Origin: Campylobacterales bacterium
GTDB taxonomy: Bacteria; Campylobacterota; Campylobacteria; Campylobacterales; QNZT01
DNA: 64,000 nucleotides
Assembly: GCA_027066435.1 (NCBI GenBank)
Contig: JAMONX010000060.1
Span: 5,112 to 69,111, forward strand
Direction: 5' to 3'
Under the pieces are notes generated by a model that saw only the letters and a list, made by a program, of their open reading frames with translations, was not told the DNA's origin and did not search any database. Of the stretch, positions 55,024-64,000 are shown piece by piece. Position 1 is the stretch's first letter. Each line of letters opens with the position of its first letter. The position numbers and the translations under genes were made by a program.

Positions 55024-55755
55024 ATGCAAAAAGTAGTAATTTTATTTGCAACATTAAGCTTGTTTTTATTAACAGGATGCACAACACACCAAGTTGAACC
55101 AAAAATGTCTATGACTCCTCCAGTGTATGTAAATCAAATTGCACAAAAGAGTTTAAATTCTTGTAGAACAAACTGTAGTAAAAATGAAGGTAGTATTTAT
55201 AGTAGTGGTGGTTCAAATGCTCTCTTTTCTGATAAAAAAGCGATGGGAATAAACGATATAGTAACTGTGGTTATAAACGAAAGTACATTTCAATCTTCTC
55301 AAGGAAATAAGAAAATTTCTGATACATCTGTTCATAATATTGGTGGAGGAGTTTTTACAGGAGCCCAAAAAGGTGGAATAGCAAGTGATATTGCAAATGG
55401 TTTAAATGCTATGACTGACATCGGATTTAAAACAAATTCTAATAGTAATTTTAATGGAACTGGTACACAATCAAGAAATGAAAAATTTACTTCAACAATA
55501 AGTGCAAGAGTAGTTAAAATATTGGAAAATGGAAACTATTTTATAGATGGAAGTAGGGCACTCTTACTAAATGGAACTAAACAAATGATAAGAATTACAG
55601 GAGTAATTAGACCTTATGATATCGATCAATTAAATACTATAGATTCTAAATATATTGCAGATGCAAAGATACACTATGAAACCCAAGGAGATATCAAAGA
55701 AGCGACTAGAAGACCTTGGGGTTCAAGGCTTGTTGATAGTGTTTGGCCATTTTAA
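55024..55755 (+). CDS. flgH: Flagellar basal-body L-ring protein
   Basis: Lipobox (LLTGC), NDIVTVVINES motif, and the C-terminal YETQGDIKEATRRPWGSRL region typical of FlgH. Confidence 0.9.
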   Translation: MQKVVILFATLSLFLLTGCTTHQVEPKMSMTPPVYVNQIAQKSLNSCRTNCSKNEGSIYSSGGSNALFSDKKAMGINDIVTVVINESTFQSSQGNKKISDTSVHNIGGGVFTGAQKGGIASDIANGLNAMTDIGFKTNSNSNFNGTGTQSRNEKFTSTISARVVKILENGNYFIDGSRALLLNGTKQMIRITGVIRPYDIDQLNTIDSKYIADAKIHYETQGDIKEATRRPWGSRLVDSVWPF

Positions 55756-55812
55756 TATTTCAATTTGAAATATAATTAGTCATATAAAGTCTATTTTTGT
55801 ATAATATGCTTT

Positions 55813-57048
55813 ATGACAACAGAATTTTTTCTTAACTTTTTTATCGGTTTTTTAAGTGCACTCTTTTTGAGTTTTATCTTTTTTTGGTCATTTTATAATA
55901 AAAATATCCAAAGATTAAAATTGCTTTTCTCCCATGCGTTAAAGGAGAAAAACGAAGAGAATAGGGGGCTTTCAAGCGAACTTGGGATGCTAAATATGGA
56001 GCATATTAGAGTTGTAGAAAAGTTAAATAATTTACAGCACAATACAAAACAGTTAAAAATAGAGTTTGAAAATATAGCAGAAGAGATTTTGGAAAAAAAG
56101 AGTCAGAAAATGCTTTCAGACAATCAAAATAGTTTAACAAATATCTTGCATCCATTTAAAGAAAACTTAAAAGAGTTCAATCAAAAAATAGAAAATTATT
56201 ATAAGGAAGAGAGTAACGAAAGATTTTCATTAACCAAAGAGATAGAAAAATTAAACTCTATAAATAGACAAATTTCTCAAGATGCCGTAAATCTTACAAA
56301 TGCACTAAAAGGAGATAACAAAGTTCAAGGTGATTGGGGTGAGTATATCTTGGAGCGAGTACTAGAGAGTTCTGGTCTTAAAAAGGGTAGGGAGTATGAT
56401 GTACAAAAAGAGTTTAAAGATGAACAAGGAAATAGACTCCGCCCAGATGTAATAGTTCATTTGCCAGATGAAAAAGATATCATAATTGACTCAAAATTAT
56501 CTCTAAATGCTTATGAAAAATACCACACAAGCCCTGATGAATTTAAAGATGAATACCTACAAAAACATTTAAACTCTATAAATACACATATAAAACAGTT
56601 AAGTTCAAAACGATATGAGAGTATAAAAAATATAAAAACTCTAGATTTTGTACTTATGTTTATACCTATTGAAGCTGCTTTTTTATTGGCAGTTCATTAT
56701 GATCAATCCCTTTATGAGAGAGCATACAGCCAAAACATAATCCTTGTATCACCATCAACTCTTTTAGCCGTACTAAGAACCATACAAAATAATTGGCGAC
56801 ACGAATATCAAAACAAAAATGCTCAAATTATTGCAAAAAAAGCGGGTGATATGCATGATAAATTTGTATCTTTTGTAGATGAACTACAACTTGTTGAAAT
56901 TGCCCTTCAAAAAGCACAAAATTCTTATACAGGAGCATTTAAAAAGCTAAGTAGCGGAAAAGGCAATCTTATAAGCAGATCAAAACAACTTAAAGAACTT
57001 GACGGTGTTTATTATAAAAAGAGTCAAAAAGAGTTATTGGAAGAGTAA
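55813..57048 (+). CDS. rmuC: DNA recombination protein RmuC
   Basis: N-terminal TM helix, long coiled coil, and a restriction-endonuclease-like C-terminal core (GDWGEYILERVLE...RPDVIVHLP...IIDSKLSL). Confidence 0.85.
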   Translation: MTTEFFLNFFIGFLSALFLSFIFFWSFYNKNIQRLKLLFSHALKEKNEENRGLSSELGMLNMEHIRVVEKLNNLQHNTKQLKIEFENIAEEILEKKSQKMLSDNQNSLTNILHPFKENLKEFNQKIENYYKEESNERFSLTKEIEKLNSINRQISQDAVNLTNALKGDNKVQGDWGEYILERVLESSGLKKGREYDVQKEFKDEQGNRLRPDVIVHLPDEKDIIIDSKLSLNAYEKYHTSPDEFKDEYLQKHLNSINTHIKQLSSKRYESIKNIKTLDFVLMFIPIEAAFLLAVHYDQSLYERAYSQNIILVSPSTLLAVLRTIQNNWRHEYQNKNAQIIAKKAGDMHDKFVSFVDELQLVEIALQKAQNSYTGAFKKLSSGKGNLISRSKQLKELDGVYYKKSQKELLEE

Positions 57049-57100
57049 CAGATATTTTCAAGAGAATATATATTATGTTAACCAAGGTATATAATGTTAT

Positions 57101-58444
57101 TTATTTACCCAAGCAGAAAGAGCCAAACATCTTATCTAGTATCTCGCTTCTCTCAAAGGAAGTTGTTATGGAAGCTATATGTTTAATTGATTCGTTGATA
57201 TTAAAAGCAAAAAGCTCTAATTCTCCATCTTTTAAAAAACTAAAGGAGTCATCTATATAGTTTAAAGCCTTAGTTACTTCATCTACCTGTCTTTTGCTGA
57301 TAAGTATAAGATCGTTGGCTGAACTCTTATAATCAAGTAGGGAGCTAATTTTCTCTTTTATGATTTGTACATTTTCTCTGCAAGAAATTTCTACTATTTC
57401 TAATGCATCTAACTCTTTTGTGATAATTTTTTTTTCTAAATCACTTTTGTTGATTGCAACAATTATCTTTTTTGATGATTTATAACTCTCTAAAAGTTTA
57501 ATAATTTTTTCATCATCTTGGTCGATTTCTTGACTCCCGTCAAATAGAGCTATTACGATATCAGACTCTTCTATCGCTTCTATTGATTTTTCTATGCCAA
57601 TTTTTTCTATACTTTCACTTGCATCTCTTATTCCTGCTGTGTCTATAAATTTAACCAAGTGAGTACCTATTTTTAGACTCTCTTCTACTGTATCTCTTGT
57701 TGTTCCAGCAATGGGACTTATAATCGCTCGGTCATACTTTAAAAGAGCATTTAAAAGTGAACTTTTGCCAACATTTGGTTTTCCGATGATTGAGATTTTA
57801 AATCCATCTATCAGCCCTTCTCTGCTTTTTGAGGTTTCTAGTGTATTTTCAAGTAGATTTTTTATATTAGTTAATCTATCGTTAATTTGGGTTAATAAAT
57901 CAAGGGGTAAGTCTTCTTCTGCATAGTCTATATTTACTTCAATAAAAGCTAGGATTTCTACTAAATCATTGCGAATTTTATTGACAAATTGTTGCAACTC
58001 ACCTTTTAATTGTCTTGAAAGTATTTTAGCAGAGTCTATACTTTTACTCTCTATAAGTTTTGCTGCAGCTTCAGCTCTTGTAAGATCAATTCTACCATTT
58101 AAAACCGCCCTTTTGGTGAATTCTCCAGCCTCAGATGCTCTTGCACCCTCTTTTAGACACTCATCTAAAATCATACTTGAAGCCATTATCCCGCCATGGC
58201 ACTGAAACTCTACTACATCTTCACAGGTAAAACTATATGGAGCTTTAAAATATATAACTATTGCTTCATCTATTATCTCTTTATTGTCTGTATAAACATT
58301 GCAAAGTGTTGCATAACGAGGTTTAAAAGATGAACGATTCGTTAATTTTTTTGCGATAGTAAGACTAAGTGAACCACTTAGTCTTACTATCGCTATCCCC
58401 CCTACTCCGTATGCTGTACTTATAGCACAAATTGTATCGTTTAT
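57101..58444 (-). CDS. mnmE: tRNA modification GTPase MnmE (TrmE)
   Basis: The track ORF (57101..58186) continues in frame, without stops, upstream through DTICAISTAYGVGGIAIVRLSGS, the conserved MnmE N-terminus. The G-domain (GKPNVGKSSLLN, DTAG) and C-terminal CxGK (FCLGK) are present. There is no ATG/GTG/TTG in that extension; the probable start is ATA at 58444. Confidence 0.85.
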   Translation of the reverse strand: MNDTICAISTAYGVGGIAIVRLSGSLSLTIAKKLTNRSSFKPRYATLCNVYTDNKEIIDEAIVIYFKAPYSFTCEDVVEFQCHGGIMASSMILDECLKEGARASEAGEFTKRAVLNGRIDLTRAEAAAKLIESKSIDSAKILSRQLKGELQQFVNKIRNDLVEILAFIEVNIDYAEEDLPLDLLTQINDRLTNIKNLLENTLETSKSREGLIDGFKISIIGKPNVGKSSLLNALLKYDRAIISPIAGTTRDTVEESLKIGTHLVKFIDTAGIRDASESIEKIGIEKSIEAIEESDIVIALFDGSQEIDQDDEKIIKLLESYKSSKKIIVAINKSDLEKKIITKELDALEIVEISCRENVQIIKEKISSLLDYKSSANDLILISKRQVDEVTKALNYIDDSFSFLKDGELELFAFNINESIKHIASITTSFERSEILDKMFGSFCLGK

Positions 58445-59163
58445 GAAGCACTCTTTTTAAATTCATTTACAACTATAATCTTTCGTTTATCACGAAGTGT
58501 TCTAATCGCTACATATTTATCAGGATAAGCTTCTCTAAGGGAACTTAACGCAATTTTTACCAAAATACCATCTAAAGGTTTTGTTTGTGCTCTTCCTTGT
58601 AAATCTACTTTCTCTTTAATGCCAATAAGATAATTTTGAATCATCTCCTCTTGATTTTTTAAAAATTCTGCAATTTCAAGTGATATTGACAAATTGTATT
58701 TGATTTTAATCCAATTATGAAGTGCATATGAGAGTGCTTTATATCTATATCCCTCTTTACCTATCAAGAGACCTACATCTTCACCATCTAATTTTATATA
58801 TACCATTTCATCATCAACCCTAAGTTCAATTAGGTCAATATTAAAACAACTTGTATCTAAGAGTTTGTTTATTCCCTCTTTGATTTCATATTTTATTTTG
58901 TTTTGTTTTGGCGAATCATTTTTTACCTCTTTAATCTTAGGGTTTTGTTTTGATTTTTGGCTTTTTTGTACTATTTCATCAGATTCAACATAATTCTCAT
59001 CTTTCAAAGTTGCTTTGATAATTGCAGGTTTTGAAAACATACCTAAAAAACCAGAACTTGGGTTTTGTAAAACCTCGATATCTAAATCTACAATAGATGC
59101 CTCTAACTCCTTTGCGGCTTTTGTGTATGCATCTTCAAGTGTATCTGCACTTACACGAATCAT
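58441..59163 (-). CDS. jag: Jag/KhpB-type RNA-binding protein (Jag_N, KH, R3H)
   Basis: Lies downstream of yidC in the conserved operon. Has a KH-like GKEGYRYKAL segment. 240 aa. Confidence 0.75.
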   Translation of the reverse strand: MIRVSADTLEDAYTKAAKELEASIVDLDIEVLQNPSSGFLGMFSKPAIIKATLKDENYVESDEIVQKSQKSKQNPKIKEVKNDSPKQNKIKYEIKEGINKLLDTSCFNIDLIELRVDDEMVYIKLDGEDVGLLIGKEGYRYKALSYALHNWIKIKYNLSISLEIAEFLKNQEEMIQNYLIGIKEKVDLQGRAQTKPLDGILVKIALSSLREAYPDKYVAIRTLRDKRKIIVVNEFKKSAS

Positions 59164-60803
59164 GACTGGGCTTCCTTTCTTGCTTTTTCTTTACTAAAAA
59201 TTGAATTTACATAATACTGCTGTGCCACTGAAAAGAGATTATTAACAAACCAATAAAGTGTTAGACCAGCAGGGAATGTTACAAAAAAGAATGTAAATAT
59301 TAATGGTAAAAATCTCATGATTTTTTCCTGCATAGGATCTGTAAAGTTTGTAGGAGTAATCCTCTGTTGCCAATACATTGAAGCACCCATAAGAATAGGC
59401 AATACATAATAAGGATCCATAACTGAAAGATCATTATACCAACCAATCCACTCAGCATGTTTTAATTCTATTGAATTTAAAAGAACTCTATATATCGCAA
59501 AAAATACTGGTATTTGAAGTATCATAGGAAGACAACCGCCCATTGGGTTGGCATTATGCTTTTTATACAATTCCATCATTTTTGCGTTCATTTTTTGAGG
59601 TTCACCCTTGTACTGCTTTTGAAGCTCTTTTATTTTAGGTTGAAGCTCTTTTAGTCTGTTCATAGAGACCATACCTTTATAGGTAAGAGGATAAAGTACA
59701 AATCTGATGATGATAGTAACAGCTACTATAGACCAACCCCAGTTTCCTATAAGTGAGTGAAGATATTTTAAAAATAAAAATACAGGTTTTGCTAAGAATG
59801 TAAAAAATCCATACTCAATGATATCAGTAAGTCTCTCATCAACTTCATGCAAAGTATCATACTCTTTTGGACCAATATAACCATTTACAGTGATATTATT
59901 AGTACCTTTTATGAAAGCTAAAGATCTATCTTCACTATCTTTTGAGATAAAAACATTTACCCTCTCATCAAAATTATAAAATGCAGTAGTATAATATCTA
60001 TCATTCATAGACAAAATACTAGAACCCATAAACACTTCAGTGCCTTCAGCATCTCCATCTTCAATTTTTTCAATAGTGCCATCAGCTTTTCGTATAAGCG
60101 CACCTTTAAATGTATACATATCTGCTGCGATATCTGGTCGAAATCCTGGGCTTAAAAAATACTCTGTAGGGGTTTTTAAAGTAACAGAAATGGAGTATGT
60201 CCCATTTGGATGAAATGTGATCTTTTTTATTATCTCATTTGTAGATAGCTTTTGAGTTAAAATAATTGTCTGAGATTTACCATTTAGTGAAACTTCTGAC
60301 TTATCAGCACTATAACTACTTTTAAATGCTTCATTATTAAGTGTTGCATCTGAGAAACGAATTTCAAGTGGTTTTAAATTAAACTTAGGAGATACAAGGT
60401 TTGGATACGATCCATCTTTAGCTCGAAAACGCTCATTTAAAACTTCATAATTTGAAATTCTTCCAAGACCATCTATTGTGAGTTTAAAGTTTTTTGCATT
60501 TACCACTGCTATTGTATTTGAAGTTGAATCTGCAACAACAGGAGCAACATTTGTGTTAACTGTGTTAACAATAGCAGTATTGTTATTATTTGGTACAGAA
60601 GATGCTACAGTTGTTGAAATTGCTGGAGCTGAAAATGGAGCGGCATTGCTCTCTTGTACAACTTGTGGATTAGCCTGAGTTGTTATATTTTGATCTAGTG
60701 CTTTTGGCGGTTTAGGCATATAGTAGTCATAAGCGATAAAAAATATGAAACTTAGCACTAATGCTAATATCATTCTTTGTTGTTGTGTCATGTTGTCTAA
60801 CAA
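59160..60803 (-). CDS. yidC: Membrane protein insertase YidC
   Basis: N-terminal TM helix, large periplasmic domain, and the conserved C-terminal 5-TM core (GGCLPMILQIPVFFAIY, LTLYWFVNNLFS). Confidence 0.95.
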   Translation of the reverse strand: MLDNMTQQQRMILALVLSFIFFIAYDYYMPKPPKALDQNITTQANPQVVQESNAAPFSAPAISTTVASSVPNNNNTAIVNTVNTNVAPVVADSTSNTIAVVNAKNFKLTIDGLGRISNYEVLNERFRAKDGSYPNLVSPKFNLKPLEIRFSDATLNNEAFKSSYSADKSEVSLNGKSQTIILTQKLSTNEIIKKITFHPNGTYSISVTLKTPTEYFLSPGFRPDIAADMYTFKGALIRKADGTIEKIEDGDAEGTEVFMGSSILSMNDRYYTTAFYNFDERVNVFISKDSEDRSLAFIKGTNNITVNGYIGPKEYDTLHEVDERLTDIIEYGFFTFLAKPVFLFLKYLHSLIGNWGWSIVAVTIIIRFVLYPLTYKGMVSMNRLKELQPKIKELQKQYKGEPQKMNAKMMELYKKHNANPMGGCLPMILQIPVFFAIYRVLLNSIELKHAEWIGWYNDLSVMDPYYVLPILMGASMYWQQRITPTNFTDPMQEKIMRFLPLIFTFFFVTFPAGLTLYWFVNNLFSVAQQYYVNSIFSKEKARKEAQS

Positions 60804-61147
60804 GATTTAGTCCTTTTGAATGTTTTGATTAAGTAATATCTATTTTTGCTCTTTGGAACGAGCCAGAATTCTACAATAAAACTGTTTTTATTTTTGTTAT
60901 AGGGATAAACTCTTTTACAATTTAAGTTCTTTTTTACAATTGGATAGTCAATTCCACCGTCAAAGAGTTGATTGCATTTCAATATCCTAAGAAGTGAGTG
61001 CCAAAATGCTAAAATGAGATTATTTTTTTGAAATTGCCATTTCGCATATTCTGAACATGTTGGATAGTATCTACAACTACCAAATCCAATAACTGTAAAA
61101 AATTTTTGATAGATTTCTAATAATTTAAGCCATAGAGTTCTTAGCAT
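60797..61147 (-). CDS. yidD: Membrane protein insertion efficiency factor YidD
   Basis: CRYYPTCSEYA signature, located between rnpA and yidC. Confidence 0.9.
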   Translation of the reverse strand: MLRTLWLKLLEIYQKFFTVIGFGSCRYYPTCSEYAKWQFQKNNLILAFWHSLLRILKCNQLFDGGIDYPIVKKNLNCKRVYPYNKNKNSFIVEFWLVPKSKNRYYLIKTFKRTKSC

Positions 61148-61481
61148 TTGAGACTGCTCCTACCCTTTTAAGTGCATATTGAAAGTCATTTGAAAGTTTT
61201 GTAAAATCATAATCAAGTATCTCTTTTTTAGCGACAAATATATAAGTTCCATCTGTCAATTTATCACAATTTTTGATAAAAAGTGCTCTGAGTCGTCTCT
61301 TTGCGAAGTTCCGTTTTACTGCATTACCAATTTTCTTGCTTGCAGTAAAACCTATGCTTCTTTTTTCTGTCTTTTTGTAAAAAACAATAGCCCATTTGAG
61401 ATGCTGTCTTTTACTATTGTTATAAAAATAATTAAACTGTTTTGAGTTTTTTAAACTCTCATACTCTTTTAAACAGCTAAT
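61125..61481 (-). CDS. rnpA: Ribonuclease P protein component
   Basis: Not in the ORF track because the frame has no ATG/GTG/TTG near its 5' end. The translation is ...[65 protein letters not shown]..., which carries the RnpA RNR-type motif ([17 protein letters not shown]). Position between rpmH and yidD supports the call. The 5' limit is a stop at 61488-61490; the proposed start is ATT at 61481. Confidence 0.8.
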   Translation of the reverse strand: MSCLKEYESLKNSKQFNYFYNNSKRQHLKWAIVFYKKTEKRSIGFTASKKIGNAVKRNFAKRRLRALFIKNCDKLTDGTYIFVAKKEILDYDFTKLSNDFQYALKRVGAVSNAKNSMA

Positions 61482-61603
61482 CTTTTTCTACCCTTTGCTC
61501 GTCTTGCTCTGATTACTCTGCGTCCACTTTTAGTTTTCATTCTTGTTCTAAAGCCGTGTGTTCTTTTTCTTGGTGTGTTGTGCGGTTGAAATGTTCTTTT
61601 CAT
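61469..61603 (-). CDS. rpmH: 50S ribosomal protein L34
   Basis: My own translation gives [44 protein letters not shown] (44 aa). It is below the track's length cut-off. AGGAAA lies upstream of the ATG. Confidence 0.95.
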   Translation of the reverse strand: MKRTFQPHNTPRKRTHGFRTRMKTKSGRRVIRARRAKGRKRLAV

Positions 61604-61651
61604 AAAGTTTCCTAATGTTATTTTAAGTTGCGAATACTATCGAAATATGAC

Positions 61652-61891
61652 TTATTTTTTACTTACGCTCTCTTTTGCTTCTATTAATGATGCTATTAAG
61701 TCATCTAAATTTTCATACGGTATGTGTGCTTTCCAATCTGGTTCTTCATCATTTCCTTTTAAAGAAATCCCGATACTTACAACTGCTGCTGACTCTTTTC
61801 CATATGGCTCATCTATACTTGATACTGAAATAGTACCATCTTTTGTTCCTGCTAATTTAAATGATTTTAACAATACATTTTTTCCACTCAT
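61652..61891 (-). CDS. Small hypothetical protein (79 aa)
   Basis: Strong SD (AAGAGGAG) 6 nt upstream of the ATG, 17 nt downstream of the lpxD stop. The composition looks protein-like. The antisense ORF 61647..61922 is judged a shadow. Confidence 0.55.
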   Translation of the reverse strand: MSGKNVLLKSFKLAGTKDGTISVSSIDEPYGKESAAVVSIGISLKGNDEEPDWKAHIPYENLDDLIASLIEAKESVSKK

Positions 61892-61908
61892 TTTGTCTCC
61901 TCTTATAT

Positions 61909-62859
61909 CTACTTATTTTTAAAAAATTTTAATATTTTTGCTTGTAATTTTAACCAATCTTTATGTTTTAAAAGTGGATAACCAGAGTAGGTTTCTCCAC
62001 CTTTTATAGATTTTGTTACTCCGCCTCTTGCAGCAATTACTGCTCTATCACCTACTTTTATATGTCCTGCAACTGCACTTTGTCCACCCATCATGACATT
62101 TTTTCCTAATGTGGTAGATCCTGAAATTCCAGCTTGTGAAACTATGATGCAATGTTCGCCAATTTCAACATTGTGTCCTACTTGGACTAAATTATCTATT
62201 TTTGTCCCCTCTTTTATAAGAGTCTTGCCAAAAACTGCACGATCAACTGTGCTATTTGCACCAATTTCAACATTGTCTTCTAATACAACTTTTCCGTTAT
62301 GATGTATCTTTACGCAAGTACCTTCATTTGTATGTGCATAACCAAAACCATCACTTCCTATTACAGCTCCTGCATGAATTATGCAATGTTTACCTATGAT
62401 TGTATCGTTGTAAATTGTAACATTTGGATGTATTACACTCCCCTCACCTATCGTGACATCTTCACCGATAAATGCACCAGCCAATATAGTAACATCTTCA
62501 CCAATTTTAACACCATTTCCTATACTTACGCCCTCTTGAATAGTTGCACTTTTCGCAATATTTCTTTTATCTGTAATTCGTATCAAACCTTTGGCAAAAT
62601 ATTTACTAGCATTTGCCATGCTTAGATATGGATCATCACAGATGATTGCACTTGATTCTGCTGGTAAGTGGGATGCAAATTTTTCTCTTATAAAGACAGC
62701 TCCTGCTTTAGTATTCTTTAAAGAACTTAAATATTTTTCATTATCAAAAAATGAAATTTCATCTTCTGTTGCATCAGCTAAAGTATTGATACCTTTTATT
62801 TCAAACTCTTTTTGATTTTGGCAAATTTCAAGCTTACTTACTAAAACACTTAAAGTCAT
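61909..62859 (-). CDS. lpxD: UDP-3-O-acylglucosamine N-acyltransferase
   Basis: N-terminal uridine-binding domain followed by a long left-handed beta-helix of hexapeptide repeats. 316 aa. Confidence 0.9.
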   Translation of the reverse strand: MTLSVLVSKLEICQNQKEFEIKGINTLADATEDEISFFDNEKYLSSLKNTKAGAVFIREKFASHLPAESSAIICDDPYLSMANASKYFAKGLIRITDKRNIAKSATIQEGVSIGNGVKIGEDVTILAGAFIGEDVTIGEGSVIHPNVTIYNDTIIGKHCIIHAGAVIGSDGFGYAHTNEGTCVKIHHNGKVVLEDNVEIGANSTVDRAVFGKTLIKEGTKIDNLVQVGHNVEIGEHCIIVSQAGISGSTTLGKNVMMGGQSAVAGHIKVGDRAVIAARGGVTKSIKGGETYSGYPLLKHKDWLKLQAKILKFFKNK

Positions 62860-62861
62860 AA

Positions 62862-63332
62862 CTATTTCTCCATTGAGACTGAACCGCCCCTTACAATTTC
62901 TGTTGGTTTAAATTTTTTAATAATTTTTAAAAAATTCGATATCCTGTTTGAATCATCAACTGCCATCAAGATAAGTGAATCAGTTGTTGAGTTAGCTACT
63001 ATGCCGTTATAACCTTTTAAAATTGCATCTAAACCACTTAAGTTTCCTTCAAGTGGGATTTTAACTAGTGCCATCTCTTTTTCTACAACATCTTGAGTCT
63101 CAATTACCTTATAAGTAGGTATCAATTTATGAAGCTGTTTTGTTATCTGTTCCAACACTCTAGGACTGCCATTTGTAACAATTGTAAAACGGGAATATTC
63201 ACTCTCTGGAATTGGTGCGACAGTTAACGACTCTATATTATACCCTCTTCCTGCAAAAAGTCCAGAGATGCGAGATAAAACCCCATCTTCATTTATCACA
63301 ATAACTGAAATTACTTTTCTGATTTCGTTCAT
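62862..63332 (-). CDS. ilvN: Acetolactate synthase small (regulatory) subunit
   Basis: ACT domain start (ISVIVINEDGVLSRISGLFAGRGYNIESLTV). 4-nt overlap with the large subunit gene. Confidence 0.9.
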   Translation of the reverse strand: MNEIRKVISVIVINEDGVLSRISGLFAGRGYNIESLTVAPIPESEYSRFTIVTNGSPRVLEQITKQLHKLIPTYKVIETQDVVEKEMALVKIPLEGNLSGLDAILKGYNGIVANSTTDSLILMAVDDSNRISNFLKIIKKFKPTEIVRGGSVSMEK

Positions 63333-64000
63333 GACTGATCCTTATACTCTAACATCATATTATAAAGTGTTCCACCAGCTGGAACCATTGGTAATACATT
63401 TTCAAGCCTATCAACCACAACATCAATCATAGCAACCTTTTTTTGCTTTATGGCATCTTGAAGGGCTTTATCAAACTCCTCTTTAGTTTCAACTCTGTAA
63501 CCAATTCCGCCAAAACTTTCACTTAGTTTCACAAAATCAGGTTGAGTGCTTAAATCTGTTTCAGCATATCTTTTATCATAAAAGAATGTTTGCCATTGAC
63601 GAACCATGCCAAGATAATTGTTATTTAATATTATATTTATAACTGGTATTTTATGTTCAACTGAAGTCATAAGCTCTTGGATATTCATTAAAATTGAACC
63701 ATCACCTGTTATATTGATACTAACTTTATCAGGTTTTGCCTCAGCCGCTCCCATAGCTGCTGGAAAACCAAATCCCATAGTACCAAGTCCACCACTTGTA
63801 ATAAATTGTCTAGGGTATGAAAAAGGATAAAATTGAGCAGTCCACATTTGGTGCTGACCAACATCAGTTGAGATAACAGCTTTTTCGCCTAAAATCTCTC
63901 CAACCCTCTGTATTACCCATTGTGGTTTTAATTTATCACTATTGTTATCATATCCAAGAGGATGAATTTCATCATATCTTTTTAAAAGTGCTCTCCATCC
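63329..64000 (-). CDS. ilvB: Acetolactate synthase large subunit, C-terminal part (5' end beyond window)
   Basis: The frame stays open from the track ORF up to nt 64000 (...STDVGQHQMWTAQFY...). ThDP-binding motif GDGS...NN is present. Confidence 0.9.
   Translation of the reverse strand, partial: GWRALLKRYDEIHPLGYDNNSDKLKPQWVIQRVGEILGEKAVISTDVGQHQMWTAQFYPFSYPRQFITSGGLGTMGFGFPAAMGAAEAKPDKVSINITGDGSILMNIQELMTSVEHKIPVINIILNNNYLGMVRQWQTFFYDKRYAETDLSTQPDFVKLSESFGGIGYRVETKEEFDKALQDAIKQKKVAMIDVVVDRLENVLPMVPAGGTLYNMMLEYKDQS

Noticed and set aside
55755-55773. Perfect AT-only palindrome ATATTTCAA-T-TTGAAATAT right after the flgH stop.
   Set aside because: It could be a weak terminator or an operator. 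However, an all-A/T 9-bp stem in an AT-rich genome is not distinctive enough to call.
58397-58402. A C-run (CCCCCC on the plus strand) in mnmE as a possible phase-variation tract, as seen in Campylobacterota contingency genes.
   Set aside because: It is only 6 nt long and encodes the conserved GVGG of the MnmE N-terminal domain. I noticed no homopolymeric G/C tract of 8 nt or more anywhere in the window.
61647-61922. 91-aa plus-strand ORF opposite the 79-aa minus-strand gene.
   Set aside because: The minus-strand ORF has a strong SD and fits the operon direction. The plus-strand ORF has no RBS and would run against lpxD.
62093-62815. Three plus-strand ORFs inside lpxD (62093..62302, 62299..62625, 62591..62815). 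Similar antisense ORFs occur inside valS, the RND pump, leuS, mnmE (57075..57260, 57711..57926, 57969..58205) and others.
   Set aside because: All are antisense shadows within well-supported long genes. They are typical of AT-rich genomes, and none has a recognisable motif.
1-64000. Looked for mobile-element or prophage hallmarks around the KAP-WD40 and cytochrome loci (integrase, transposase, tRNA target, flanking direct repeats).
   Set aside because: None was seen. Both loci are flanked directly by housekeeping genes, so horizontal acquisition cannot be argued from this window alone. Compositional skew was not computed.

Overview
AT-rich chromosomal segment whose gene content and synteny point to a Campylobacterota (epsilonproteobacterial) genome. 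Markers include a fused CcsBA cytochrome c synthase, yajC-secD-secF, leuS-lptE, purC-purS-purQ, valS, murF, a TolC-MFP-RND efflux operon, flgH, rmuC, the rpmH-rnpA-yidD-yidC-jag-mnmE cluster, lpxD and ilvN/ilvB. I call about 56 protein-coding genes, densely packed with many 4-14 nt start/stop overlaps. I saw no rRNA, tRNA, CRISPR array, transposase or integrase. Two regions look accessory. (1) At 30.6-34.5 kb a soluble KAP-family P-loop NTPase gene is translationally coupled (8-nt overlap) to a gene for a protein with 14 WD40-like blades. Thirteen of the blades come from a 120-bp tandem array that is nearly identical at the DNA level, except for a few hypervariable codons at the positions expected to form the top face of the propeller. 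This is the NTPase plus concerted-evolution sensor-repeat logic of NLR/STAND-type non-self receptors, but split into two genes, built on a KAP NTPase, and with no recognisable effector. It is my top candidate for an undescribed conflict/defence system. (2) At 2.8-6.7 kb a four-gene operon encodes only c-type cytochromes: a NapC/NirT-like tetrahaem quinol dehydrogenase plus 3-, 12- and 7-haem proteins, about 26 haem sites in all. It has no catalytic subunit or porin and lies convergent to ccsBA. Smaller oddities are that mnmE and rnpA both lack canonical start codons (probable ATA and ATT), lnt and yajC overlap at their 5' ends, a lipase is coupled to a FadL-type gene, and a peptidoglycan-binding lipoprotein carries internal repeats. 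All functional calls come from reading motifs by eye. No database search was possible.
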